From the NCBI GenBank assembly GCA_963749915.1, contig CAVVOP010000021.1, forward strand, positions 480,001 to 544,000: DNA of 64,000 bases, in the 5' to 3' direction. A program made the translations under genes and the position numbers. The notes under the pieces were generated by a model, which saw only the letters and a program-made list of their open reading frames with translations, did no database searches and was not told the DNA's origin. Below, piece after piece: positions 1 through 8,960 of the stretch; position 1 is the stretch's first letter; each line of letters begins with the position of its first letter. The DNA comes from an uncultured cyanobacterium. GTDB lineage: Bacteria; Cyanobacteriota; Cyanobacteriia; Cyanobacteriales; Cyanobacteriaceae.

Positions 1-95
1 GCTAAGACGCACTTATTTCGCAATGCTTAACCCCTTACAGCAAGGAGATCATAGCTTAAAAAATGTTATCGATCTAAAAAAATAGGAGAAATATT

Positions 96-932
96 ATGAT
101 AAATAATTGCACAAAAATATTAGGGTTTTTAAGTATTAGTATTCTGTCATCATTCTTAATTGGTGGATGTGATCAATTGAGTAACATTAAACTAGAAAAT
201 CCCAGTCTAGCTACCCCATCAACTCAATTAACTTTATCAGCAGCAGCAAGTTTAAAAGATGTTATAGAAGAAATTGAGTCTCTTTATCAGCAAAAACATC
301 CTGAAACCGAAATAATTTACAATTTTGGCTCTTCTGGCTCGTTACAACAGCAAATTGAACAGGGTGCACCAGTAGATGTCTTTATTTCTGCTGCACCAAA
401 GCAAATGAATGAGCTAGAAAAAAAAGGGTTATTACTAACAGAAACTCGCCGAGATTTATTGAAAAATCAGATGGTTTTAATTACTAGTACCAGTAATAAT
501 AAAAGTAATTTGCAAGTCGATGATTTTAAGGATTTAACTAATAAAGAAATAACCACAGTTGCTTTAGGAGAACCAGAAAGCGTTCCTGCGGGAAAATATG
601 CCCAAGAAGTGTTAAATTTTTTTAAAATCGCTGATCAAGTAAAACTTAAAGCCGTTTACGGTAAAGATGTCCGTCAAGTGCTTAATTACATTGCTACAGG
701 TAATGCTGATGCAGGAATTGTCTATGGTACCGATGCCCAATTTTCCGAAAATGTGAAAATAGTGGCGACAGCACCAGAAAACGCTTATTCACCCGTAATT
801 TATCCCATTGCTGTCGTTAAAAGTAGCGATCATCCCGAAGCCGCAACAGAATTAATAGAATTTTTTACCACCCCCGAAGCCCAAGCTGTATTTAAAGAGT
901 ATGGCTTTGTCTCTGTGAACAGTAATCAGTAA
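96..932 (+). CDS. modA: Molybdate ABC transporter substrate-binding lipoprotein
   Basis: Lipobox (LIGGC), SAAASL, FGSSGSLQQQIEQGAPVDVFISA and VPAGKYA motifs; upstream of modBC. Confidence 0.95.
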   Translation: MINNCTKILGFLSISILSSFLIGGCDQLSNIKLENPSLATPSTQLTLSAAASLKDVIEEIESLYQQKHPETEIIYNFGSSGSLQQQIEQGAPVDVFISAAPKQMNELEKKGLLLTETRRDLLKNQMVLITSTSNNKSNLQVDDFKDLTNKEITTVALGEPESVPAGKYAQEVLNFFKIADQVKLKAVYGKDVRQVLNYIATGNADAGIVYGTDAQFSENVKIVATAPENAYSPVIYPIAVVKSSDHPEAATELIEFFTTPEAQAVFKEYGFVSVNSNQ

Positions 933-1067
933 GCAGGAGGGAGATAGAAGGTAGAGGCAATACTGTTCGCTTAAGGAAGTATGAATGTGGTCTGGGGCAG
1001 GAGGCGGGAGTTAGCTTGGGTCCGTACAGCAGTCAATAAATAATCAATAATCAATAACCAATAACCA

Positions 1068-1664
1068 ATGACAAAATTAACTATCAAACGAGATTGGAAA
1101 ACCTATTATAATGCAGTAGCCAATCGTCCACCCAGGAAAACTCTGTTAACAGCTTTAACTGCTTGTAAAAATCCTGGATTGGCCATGGATCTTGGTTGTG
1201 GAAATGGCAGGGATACCGTGGAAATATTAAGGCACAATTGGCAAGTATTGGCGATTGATCAAGAACCAGAGGCGATTAAGAGTTTATTAGCTCGTTTTAA
1301 TCTCGATATTCCGCAATTAACTACTCAAATCGCTCGTTTTGAAGAGTTACAATTGCCTCAAAACGTGGATTTAATTAATGCCAGCTTTTCTTTGCCCTTT
1401 TGCTCTAGGGAAGTTTTTCCTAGCTTGTGGAATCAAATCTTTAACTCTTTAGTTAGTGGTGGTAGATTTTCTGGACATTTATTTGGCGATCGCGATTCTT
1501 GGTGTAATAGTGAATTAATTAACTGTTTTACACGATCGCAAGTAGAAAACTTATTACAATTTTATGCAATCGAACTACTAGAAGAAGAAGAACATCAAGG
1601 GACAACGCCACTAGGAGAAGATAGATACTGGCACATTTTCCATATTGTGGCTCGTAAAAAATAG
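1068..1664 (+). CDS. Class I SAM-dependent methyltransferase (TehB-like)
   Basis: DLGCGNGRD SAM-binding motif I; lies between modA and modBC. Confidence 0.8.
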   Translation: MTKLTIKRDWKTYYNAVANRPPRKTLLTALTACKNPGLAMDLGCGNGRDTVEILRHNWQVLAIDQEPEAIKSLLARFNLDIPQLTTQIARFEELQLPQNVDLINASFSLPFCSREVFPSLWNQIFNSLVSGGRFSGHLFGDRDSWCNSELINCFTRSQVENLLQFYAIELLEEEEHQGTTPLGEDRYWHIFHIVARKK

Positions 1665-1786
1665 CTTAGGAGCAAAGTCAATACTGCTCTAAAGTGTGCC
1701 GAAAACTTTACTGTGAGGGGAAAGTAATAAGTAATAATTAATAAGTAAATTGACAAGATTAAAGTTTTTAATTCCCTCCACAAAAC

Positions 1787-3622
1787 ATGATTGATTTAGA
1801 TTTATCTCCCATTTGGATTTCCTTAAAAACTGCTACTACTGCCACGCTGATTACTTTTTTCCTTGGTACTATGGCAGCGTGGTGGATGTTGGGTTATCGA
1901 GGTAAATTGAAAGAAATAATTGAAGGCTTATTCACTGCTCCTTTGGTACTTCCCCCCACGGTAGTTGGTTTTTTATTATTGTTATTATTGGGAAAAAATG
2001 GGTTTATCGGTAAAATATTAGCTTCTTTTGGCGTTACCGTTATTTTCTCTTGGTATGCCACTGTTATCGCTTCTACAGTGGTGGCTTTTCCCTTAATGTA
2101 TAAAACTGCTTTAGGAGCATTCAAACAAATCGATGGGAATCTCATTGCTTGTGCTAGAACTTTGGGCGCTTCAGAAGGAAGGATTTTCTGGGAAATTATT
2201 CTCCCCTTAGCCAAACATGGTCTAATTGCTGGTACTTTACTCGCTTTTGCTCGTGCTTTGGGGGAATTTGGGGCAACTTTGATGTTAGCTGGTTCGATTC
2301 CAGGGAAAACTGAAACAATTCCCATCGCCATTTTCTTTGCTGCTGAAGGTGGGGCAATGGATCGAGCTTTGGTGCTAGTTATAATTATGCTAGTAATTTC
2401 TTTAGGAGTAATTACGGCAGTTAATTATTGGACGGAAAGTAATAAGTATCATCACTCAAAGCTCCGTCTTAGGAGAGAAAGAATTTTCGCTCTGTTTTCG
2501 AGGATGTCAGTAAAACGACAAAAACCTCTAGATTATCCCCTACCTCAAGCTGAGATTGAGTTAATTGTCGATATTCAAAAACAACTCCCCGGATTTTTAT
2601 TAAATGTTAGTTTTCACAACGATCAAACACCCTTAGGATTACTAGGAGCTTCTGGAGCGGGCAAAAGCCTGATTTTACGCTGTATTGCTGGATTATCTCA
2701 TCCAGATCGAGGACGTATTGTTTTAAACGGGAAGGTCTTGTTTGATTCAGAACAAGGCATCAACTTACCACCACGGGATCGCGCCTGTGGTTTTTTATTT
2801 CAAAATTACGCCCTGTTTCCCCATCTAACTATTGCCGAAAATATTGCCTTTGGTATGCCGTCAGGAAAATCTAAGGGAGAAATTAAACAAGAAGTAGAGC
2901 GGCAATTAATCGCGGTGGACTTATCAGGTATCGGGGCTCGCTATCCTCAGGAGCTTTCGGGAGGACAGCAACAGAGGGTTGCTTTAGCTAGAGCTAAAGC
3001 AAGCAAACCAAATATCATGCTTTTAGATGAACCTTTTTCAGCTTTAGATACTTATTTACGTGATAAGCAGGAAAAAATTCTCAGAAATAACCTAATTCGC
3101 TATCAGGGAGTCACTTTATTTATTACCCACAACCTAGAAGAAGCCTATCGAGTATGTCCTAAACTCTTGGTGGTAGATCAAGGACAAATAATCGCTCATG
3201 GTAGGAAACAAGATATTTTTGAGCATCCTCGTAATTTAAGAACCGCACAATTAACTGGGTGTAAAAACTTTTCCCGGGTTCTGGTAATGGGCAGACAGCA
3301 AATTAAAGCAATTGAATGGGGTTGTATCTTAAAAGTAATAGAACCACTGCCAGAATCCCTCAAATATGTGGGTATTCGTGCCCATCAGCTAATTTTTCCC
3401 AACATAGATGATCAGGTAAATACTTTCCCTTGTTGGTTAGCGACAATTAGTGAAACCCCACACCGCATGACTTTGTATCTCAAGTTAAACCAATCAGCTA
3501 ATCATCCTGAAGATTATCATCTACAAGCGGAAGTCTTTAAAAATAAATGGATGGAGTTAAAAGATCGTCCCTTTCCCTGGAAAATTCAACTCAATCCATT
3601 ACGACTTATATTAGTAAACTGA
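1787..3622 (+). CDS. modB: Fused molybdate ABC permease / ATPase (ModBC)
   Basis: N-terminal TM permease (PLVLPPTVVG, FARALGEFGAT) fused to ABC ATPase (GASGAGKS, LSGGQQQR, LLDEPF). Confidence 0.93.
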   Translation: MIDLDLSPIWISLKTATTATLITFFLGTMAAWWMLGYRGKLKEIIEGLFTAPLVLPPTVVGFLLLLLLGKNGFIGKILASFGVTVIFSWYATVIASTVVAFPLMYKTALGAFKQIDGNLIACARTLGASEGRIFWEIILPLAKHGLIAGTLLAFARALGEFGATLMLAGSIPGKTETIPIAIFFAAEGGAMDRALVLVIIMLVISLGVITAVNYWTESNKYHHSKLRLRRERIFALFSRMSVKRQKPLDYPLPQAEIELIVDIQKQLPGFLLNVSFHNDQTPLGLLGASGAGKSLILRCIAGLSHPDRGRIVLNGKVLFDSEQGINLPPRDRACGFLFQNYALFPHLTIAENIAFGMPSGKSKGEIKQEVERQLIAVDLSGIGARYPQELSGGQQQRVALARAKASKPNIMLLDEPFSALDTYLRDKQEKILRNNLIRYQGVTLFITHNLEEAYRVCPKLLVVDQGQIIAHGRKQDIFEHPRNLRTAQLTGCKNFSRVLVMGRQQIKAIEWGCILKVIEPLPESLKYVGIRAHQLIFPNIDDQVNTFPCWLATISETPHRMTLYLKLNQSANHPEDYHLQAEVFKNKWMELKDRPFPWKIQLNPLRLILVN

Positions 3623-3760
3623 AGTACTTCACTCCATAGACTAGGGCTGTTACAAATTATTCCGGCACAGTGCCCGAATTGAAAGGTTACCAATGAACAA
3701 TCTACCTTAGTAATCTTCACTATGCTAATTAATAAATTGTCCTTTCTATCTTGAGATATT

Positions 3761-6427
3761 ATGCCAGTTACTAACCTTCAAGAACTTGAAGAACTCATCC
3801 AACGAGTCAAAACGGCCCAAGAAAAATATGCAACCTTTAGTCAAGAACAGGTTGATTTAATATTTAAAAAAGCAGCCTTAGCTGCCAACGCAGCCCGAAT
3901 TCCTCTCGCCAAATTAGCGTCCCAAGAGACACAAATGGGTGTAATCGAAGATAAAGTGATTAAAAACCATTTTGCTTCCGAAATTATTTATAATAAGTAC
4001 AAACAGGAAAAAACCTGTGGCATTATCGAAGAAGATAGATCTTTTGGACTGCAAAAAATTGCTGAACCCGTTGGTATTCTCGCCGGGATTGTTCCTACGA
4101 CTAACCCCACTTCTACGGCTATTTTTAAAGCCTTAATCACCCTAAAAACCCGTAACGGGATTATCTTTTCTCCCCATCCAAGGGCAAAAAACTGTACCAT
4201 TGAAGCAGCAAAGGTGGTTTTGGACGCAGCAGAAGCGGCGGGGGCACCAGAGGGGCTAATTGGTTGGATTGACCAACCTTCTGTTGAATTATCACAAGCT
4301 TTGATGCAGCATCGCCATATTAATCTTATTCTGGCTACAGGGGGGCCTGGTATGGTGAGGGCTGCCTATTCATCAGGTCGTCCTTCCTTAGGAGTGGGCG
4401 CAGGTAATACTCCCGCCTTGATTGACGACACGGCTCATATTAAAATGGCTGTTTCTTCAATTATTCTCAGTAAAACCTTTGATAATGGCATGATTTGTGC
4501 GAGTGAACAATCAGTCATTGTGGAAGATTCGGTGTATGAAGAAGTCAAACAGGAATTTCAGGAACGGGGTGCTTATTTCCTTAATCAGGAGGAGAAAGAC
4601 AAAGTTGCTGATATAATGCTGAAGGATGGTCATATTAATCCCCATGTAGTGGGTCAATCGGTGCAAAAATTAGCTGCATTAGCGGAAATTACTATTCCCA
4701 AAGATACTCGTGTTCTCATTGGGGAAGTAGAAAATATTGGCCTCGATGAACCCTTTTCCTATGAAAAACTTTCCCCTATCTTAGCCATGTATCGGGCGCA
4801 AAATTTCCAGGATGGGGTAGAAAAGGCTGAAAAATTGGTCGCCTTTGCTGGAAGGGGACATACGGCGGTTCTTTATACTTCTCCCGACAACCGTGACCAC
4901 ATCAAACGCTATGAAGATCAGGTGGAAACAGCAAGAGTGCTGATTAATACACCGTCATCTCAAGGAGCGATCGGAGATTTGTACAATTTTCGCTTAGATC
5001 CTTCTTTAACCCTTGGTTGTGGCACATGGGGCGGAAATTCCATCAGTGAAAATGTTGAACCTGCCCATCTACTGAATATTAAAACCGTGGCAGAAAGACG
5101 GGAAAATATGCTGTGGTTTCGAGTTCCTCCCAAAGTCTATTTCAAATATGGTGCATTATCCGTTGCTGTTCGCGAATTAGCTGGAAAAAAACGGGCATTT
5201 ATAGTCACCGATAAACCCTTATTTGACTTGGGAATGACTGCCATCTTAGAAGATGTTTTAGAGGAAGTGGGATTAAAATATGACATTTTCTATGATGTTG
5301 AGCCGGATCCTTCCTTAGAAACGGTTCAGCGTGGTTTAGCCCTAATGAAAACCTTTAATCCTGACGTTATTATCGCCTTAGGCGGGGGTTCTCCCATGGA
5401 TGCAGCCAAAATTATGTGGTTGCTGTATGAACATCCCGAAATCGAATTTGAAGGTTTAGCCATGCGCTTTATGGACATTCGCAAGCGCGTTTATGAGTTA
5501 CCCCCATTAGGAGAAAAAGCCATCATGGTATCGATTCCTACCACCTCTGGGACAGGTTCTGAGGTCACTCCTTTTGCTGTTGTTACAGACCGACGGAATA
5601 ATATTAAATATCCTTTGGCGGATTATGCCTTAACCCCGACAATGGCCATTGTTGATCCTGAATTAACCCTGAATATGCCGAAAAAACTAACGGCTTACGG
5701 AGGAGTTGACGCTTTAACTCATGCTTTAGAGGCTTATGTCTCGGTTTTAGCCTCAGAATATACCAACGGGATGGCCTTGGAAGCGATTCGACTGCTGTTT
5801 AAATATCTACCCAGTGCTTACGAAAATGGGGCAAAAGACCCGAAAGCACGGGAAAAGGTCCACTATGCAGCGACAATGGCAGGAATGGCTTTTGCTAATG
5901 GGTTTTTAGGCATCTGTCATTCTCTGGCGCACCAATTGGGCGGAATTTTTCATATTCCTCACGGGTTAGCCAATGCTTTGATGATTCCCTACGTTATTCT
6001 CTACAATGCCACTGATTCACCCTTCAAACAAGCCACCTTTTCCCAGTACAAATATCCCAATACGACTTGGCGTTATGCTCGTATTGCCAATTATTTAGGG
6101 TTACCGGGAGAAAGTGACTTAGAAAAGGTGGAAAATCTGGTCTTAGCCATTGAGCAGTTAAAACGTCGCTTGGATATTCCCTCTGCCATTAAGGATGTTA
6201 TCCCTGAAAGTGAAGCGGAATTCTATGCTAAGGTTGATAGTTTAGCAGACCAAGCCTTTGATGATCAATGTACAGGTGCAAATCCTCGTTATCCTTTAAT
6301 TAGTGATTTGAAGGAATTACTGATTCAAGCTTATCAGGGTGATTTACCCTTTAAAATTGTCCAGAATCGCAATGGCAGTAGCAAAAAGGTAGAGGTGCTT
6401 GGAGATCCTCAACCATTACGATCTTAA
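3761..6427 (+). CDS. adhE: Bifunctional acetaldehyde-CoA/alcohol dehydrogenase
   Basis: ALDH domain (PTTNPTST, GMICASEQ) plus Fe-ADH domain (GGGSPMDAAK, GTGSEVT, GICHSLAH); 888 aa. Confidence 0.96.
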   Translation: MPVTNLQELEELIQRVKTAQEKYATFSQEQVDLIFKKAALAANAARIPLAKLASQETQMGVIEDKVIKNHFASEIIYNKYKQEKTCGIIEEDRSFGLQKIAEPVGILAGIVPTTNPTSTAIFKALITLKTRNGIIFSPHPRAKNCTIEAAKVVLDAAEAAGAPEGLIGWIDQPSVELSQALMQHRHINLILATGGPGMVRAAYSSGRPSLGVGAGNTPALIDDTAHIKMAVSSIILSKTFDNGMICASEQSVIVEDSVYEEVKQEFQERGAYFLNQEEKDKVADIMLKDGHINPHVVGQSVQKLAALAEITIPKDTRVLIGEVENIGLDEPFSYEKLSPILAMYRAQNFQDGVEKAEKLVAFAGRGHTAVLYTSPDNRDHIKRYEDQVETARVLINTPSSQGAIGDLYNFRLDPSLTLGCGTWGGNSISENVEPAHLLNIKTVAERRENMLWFRVPPKVYFKYGALSVAVRELAGKKRAFIVTDKPLFDLGMTAILEDVLEEVGLKYDIFYDVEPDPSLETVQRGLALMKTFNPDVIIALGGGSPMDAAKIMWLLYEHPEIEFEGLAMRFMDIRKRVYELPPLGEKAIMVSIPTTSGTGSEVTPFAVVTDRRNNIKYPLADYALTPTMAIVDPELTLNMPKKLTAYGGVDALTHALEAYVSVLASEYTNGMALEAIRLLFKYLPSAYENGAKDPKAREKVHYAATMAGMAFANGFLGICHSLAHQLGGIFHIPHGLANALMIPYVILYNATDSPFKQATFSQYKYPNTTWRYARIANYLGLPGESDLEKVENLVLAIEQLKRRLDIPSAIKDVIPESEAEFYAKVDSLADQAFDDQCTGANPRYPLISDLKELLIQAYQGDLPFKIVQNRNGSSKKVEVLGDPQPLRS

Positions 6428-6452
6428 ATTGTAGTTTAAACAGATCTTCTCC

Positions 6453-6483
6453 ATCCCTCTTGTTCCCACTGAATCAGAGGGAT
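6453..6483. terminator. Hairpin between convergent genes (possible terminator)
   Basis: ATCCCTCT...AGAGGGAT inverted repeat after the adhE stop. Confidence 0.45.
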
Positions 6484-6523
6484 TTTAGCTACTAGATAGA
6501 GATCGCCTGAAATAAACTAAACT

Positions 6524-7168
6524 TTAAAATCCGGCAAAACCACTTGCTGCCAAGTAAACCTCATTCCAAGAAGGTGGTCTATAATCTTGATTCAAAACCT
6601 GATCGACATATCTCACCACGGGGGGCAATTGTTCCCCTCTAATTTCTCGTTTCAGAAACATTCTTAATTTGGTTTCCCAGTCTTGAGGATAGTTTCTGAT
6701 GATGGGATGTTTGATAACCAGCGATTGATATTCCCCTTGATCTGGATCAACAATTACATCCAAACTAAGAAGGCCCAAAGAGCGAACAAAAATCCCAGTA
6801 GCGGCAATGACAAAATTGGCGTTAATTCGTCTTTGTTTCAGGACAACTACAAAATGTCCTCCTTCGGCAATATGATAAACTAATGCGTTAGGGTCTTTGA
6901 CTGGTTGAACTTCAACATTGTAGCCTTTTGTCAGTCCTTCTTCTAAGGTAAGATCTTCATATTCTTGTTCGGGATGGGGGAGATAGATCGTAAATTGATG
7001 TAAATCGAGCCAAGGATTGTGTCCCGTTTCGTTAGTCGAGTGCTTGCCAGAATTGTATTGTTGGCGCCGTATCTGTTGACCAACATAACTCTCGCCATCG
7101 CAGATATTAATCAGAGCCATGTTAAGAACGCATTGCTCGAACCGACTAAATGTTCCTAAAACTTGCAT
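6524..7168 (-). CDS. Hypothetical protein (last gene of the minus-strand NifX/NafY-like operon)
   Basis: 214-aa ORF with AAGGAGG RBS; no recognised motif. Confidence 0.7.
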   Translation of the reverse strand: MQVLGTFSRFEQCVLNMALINICDGESYVGQQIRRQQYNSGKHSTNETGHNPWLDLHQFTIYLPHPEQEYEDLTLEEGLTKGYNVEVQPVKDPNALVYHIAEGGHFVVVLKQRRINANFVIAATGIFVRSLGLLSLDVIVDPDQGEYQSLVIKHPIIRNYPQDWETKLRMFLKREIRGEQLPPVVRYVDQVLNQDYRPPSWNEVYLAASGFAGF

Positions 7169-7261
7169 AATTTCCTCCTTGATCTTTTGTTATTTGTTGT
7201 TCAGGAAAAATTAATAACTAAGAATCAATAACTAAATAACTAATAACCAATGACCATTTAT

Positions 7262-7636
7262 TTAATCTTCATCCAAAGCAGGAAACGCCTCTTCAATCTC
7301 CCATAAAACACTTTGGTTGGCAATAAACCAACTGCGAGTTTCTGGAGTTAATTGAGCCCAAACTAAGTCAAGGTCAATATGAGGAGATTCGTAACGATAT
7401 TTTTTCCCAAGAGAGCGCAAATTTTCAGTAACGCCGAGAGGAATCCCAAAATCTAACCAATTTACTTCAACTACTTTGCCAAATATCCCACCAGTAGGAT
7501 CGTAAATTAATTGGGCTACTCGAATTAAATCGGCAAAATGGGTAGGTCTTAGTCCTGTTATTTGCTGAATTTCTTGAACACGCTGTTTATTTTGTTTTAT
7601 GTTCATAATTTGTTCTTTTTTATTCTCGGAAATCAC
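7262..7636 (-). CDS. Hypothetical protein
   Basis: 124-aa ORF co-oriented with neighbours; start may be the second Met. Confidence 0.7.
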   Translation of the reverse strand: MISENKKEQIMNIKQNKQRVQEIQQITGLRPTHFADLIRVAQLIYDPTGGIFGKVVEVNWLDFGIPLGVTENLRSLGKKYRYESPHIDLDLVWAQLTPETRSWFIANQSVLWEIEEAFPALDED

Positions 7637-7659
7637 CTTACTAAACTAATCACCAAGGA

Positions 7660-8391
7660 CTAACCAACAGCTGTATAGTTTTTCAGCCGTTTATCGGCTG
7701 CAATCCCTAAAATCTTAGCTAACCAGGGAGGTGGAGAAGTTGCCAGTGCTTTTTGTAAGTCGGCTAATATTTCTCTGGCCGAACCGCCTTGTTCTATTTT
7801 CATGGGATAGATATTAGCTTGGATGACTGTAGCGGCAGCAGGCCCACCAATGGAAACAACGTAGAGAATAGCACAATCTCTAATTAAATTAACTCGGAAT
7901 CTATTTTTTTCTTCGGCTAGATCTGCTTCTACTGCCGAGCGAACATCGATCAATTTGAGTTGGTCTGCGGATAGTTGATAAATTAAATAACGATGACAAG
8001 AACCAAAATGTCCGTCTAATTGCTCTGCATTATTGGAAGCTACAGCAATTCTAATGGAGTTAGGCAGATCTCCTTCTTGATATGACTCAATCGGTAAAGA
8101 TTCTTTATAATAGTCCTGTTCACCCCATAAGATTTGTACCGCTTCTTTGAAAGCTTTTATGTCACTATTATCCGCATCTTCGCCTTCCCATTCGTTATCA
8201 ACTTCGTAAATATTACCAAAAGATTTTTTTAATTGAGTGACTGTAATTTTACTAAGGGATTCTTGGGTAATCTCATCGTCTAGATGGATTTGCAAAGCCT
8301 CGATTAAATCCTTGATAGATACATCGGGTAATACCTTAGCCGCTAAAGCAATTCTGAGGGCGACTTCGTTGGAAATAGGTTGAGTAGTCAT
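7660..8391 (-). CDS. Dinitrogenase FeMo-cofactor biosynthesis protein (NifX/NifY/NafY family)
   Basis: N-terminal VALRIALAAK region plus C-terminal IRIAVAS...DGHFGSC...DCAILYVVSIGGPAAA...PPPWL NifX-like domain. Confidence 0.85.
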   Translation of the reverse strand: MTTQPISNEVALRIALAAKVLPDVSIKDLIEALQIHLDDEITQESLSKITVTQLKKSFGNIYEVDNEWEGEDADNSDIKAFKEAVQILWGEQDYYKESLPIESYQEGDLPNSIRIAVASNNAEQLDGHFGSCHRYLIYQLSADQLKLIDVRSAVEADLAEEKNRFRVNLIRDCAILYVVSIGGPAAATVIQANIYPMKIEQGGSAREILADLQKALATSPPPWLAKILGIAADKRLKNYTAVG

Positions 8392-8960
8392 TTCTTTACT
8401 CCTAAATTTAATTGATTGATTGAAAGGAGAATGCAGAATTTAGATTTTAGATTTTAGAATTTCAGAATTAGACATTTTCTGCATTCATTAGGGCTTAGGC
8501 AATTCAGTATAACTAAAGTAACAGTCAGCTCGATGCCCCGTCACTAAGCCTACGGGGTTCCTAACTTAATTCTCCCGATTCGACCGATTAATTTTCATAC
8601 TGTTGCTCTAGCTTAAGAAATTTATAGCAGTTAATTGTTTTTAGAACAAAACTGGGGACTCAGATTAGATTAATTAAGGTTGTACTTACAGGGTTGAAAT
8701 CTAGCCATAATAAGTTAAATTAAATTTTCTTAGGATAAGGCACGAGTATTTTTGATTAGAAGTACAGGTATTTTTAGTGGGGTTATTGAAGAAATTTATT
8801 TAAGCTCAAAGTTAATCAAGACAAGAAGATGAAGTAATTATCTGGTTGAATTGTAGAGTGATCCCTTTGTACTCGAACTCAAATTACTGCAAAAAGTCCA
8901 CCCAGTGTTACAACAAGATATAGAAGTTATCAGTTGTTAATTGTTAATTGTTAAGTCTTT

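Noticed and set aside
1787..3622. ModB-ModC fusion as a novelty
   Set aside because: Fused modBC genes are already known in cyanobacteria.
8415..8430. Moco riboswitch suggested by TGAAAGGAG near molybdenum genes
   Set aside because: It is on the wrong strand for the adjacent gene and the rest of the motif is not recognisable.
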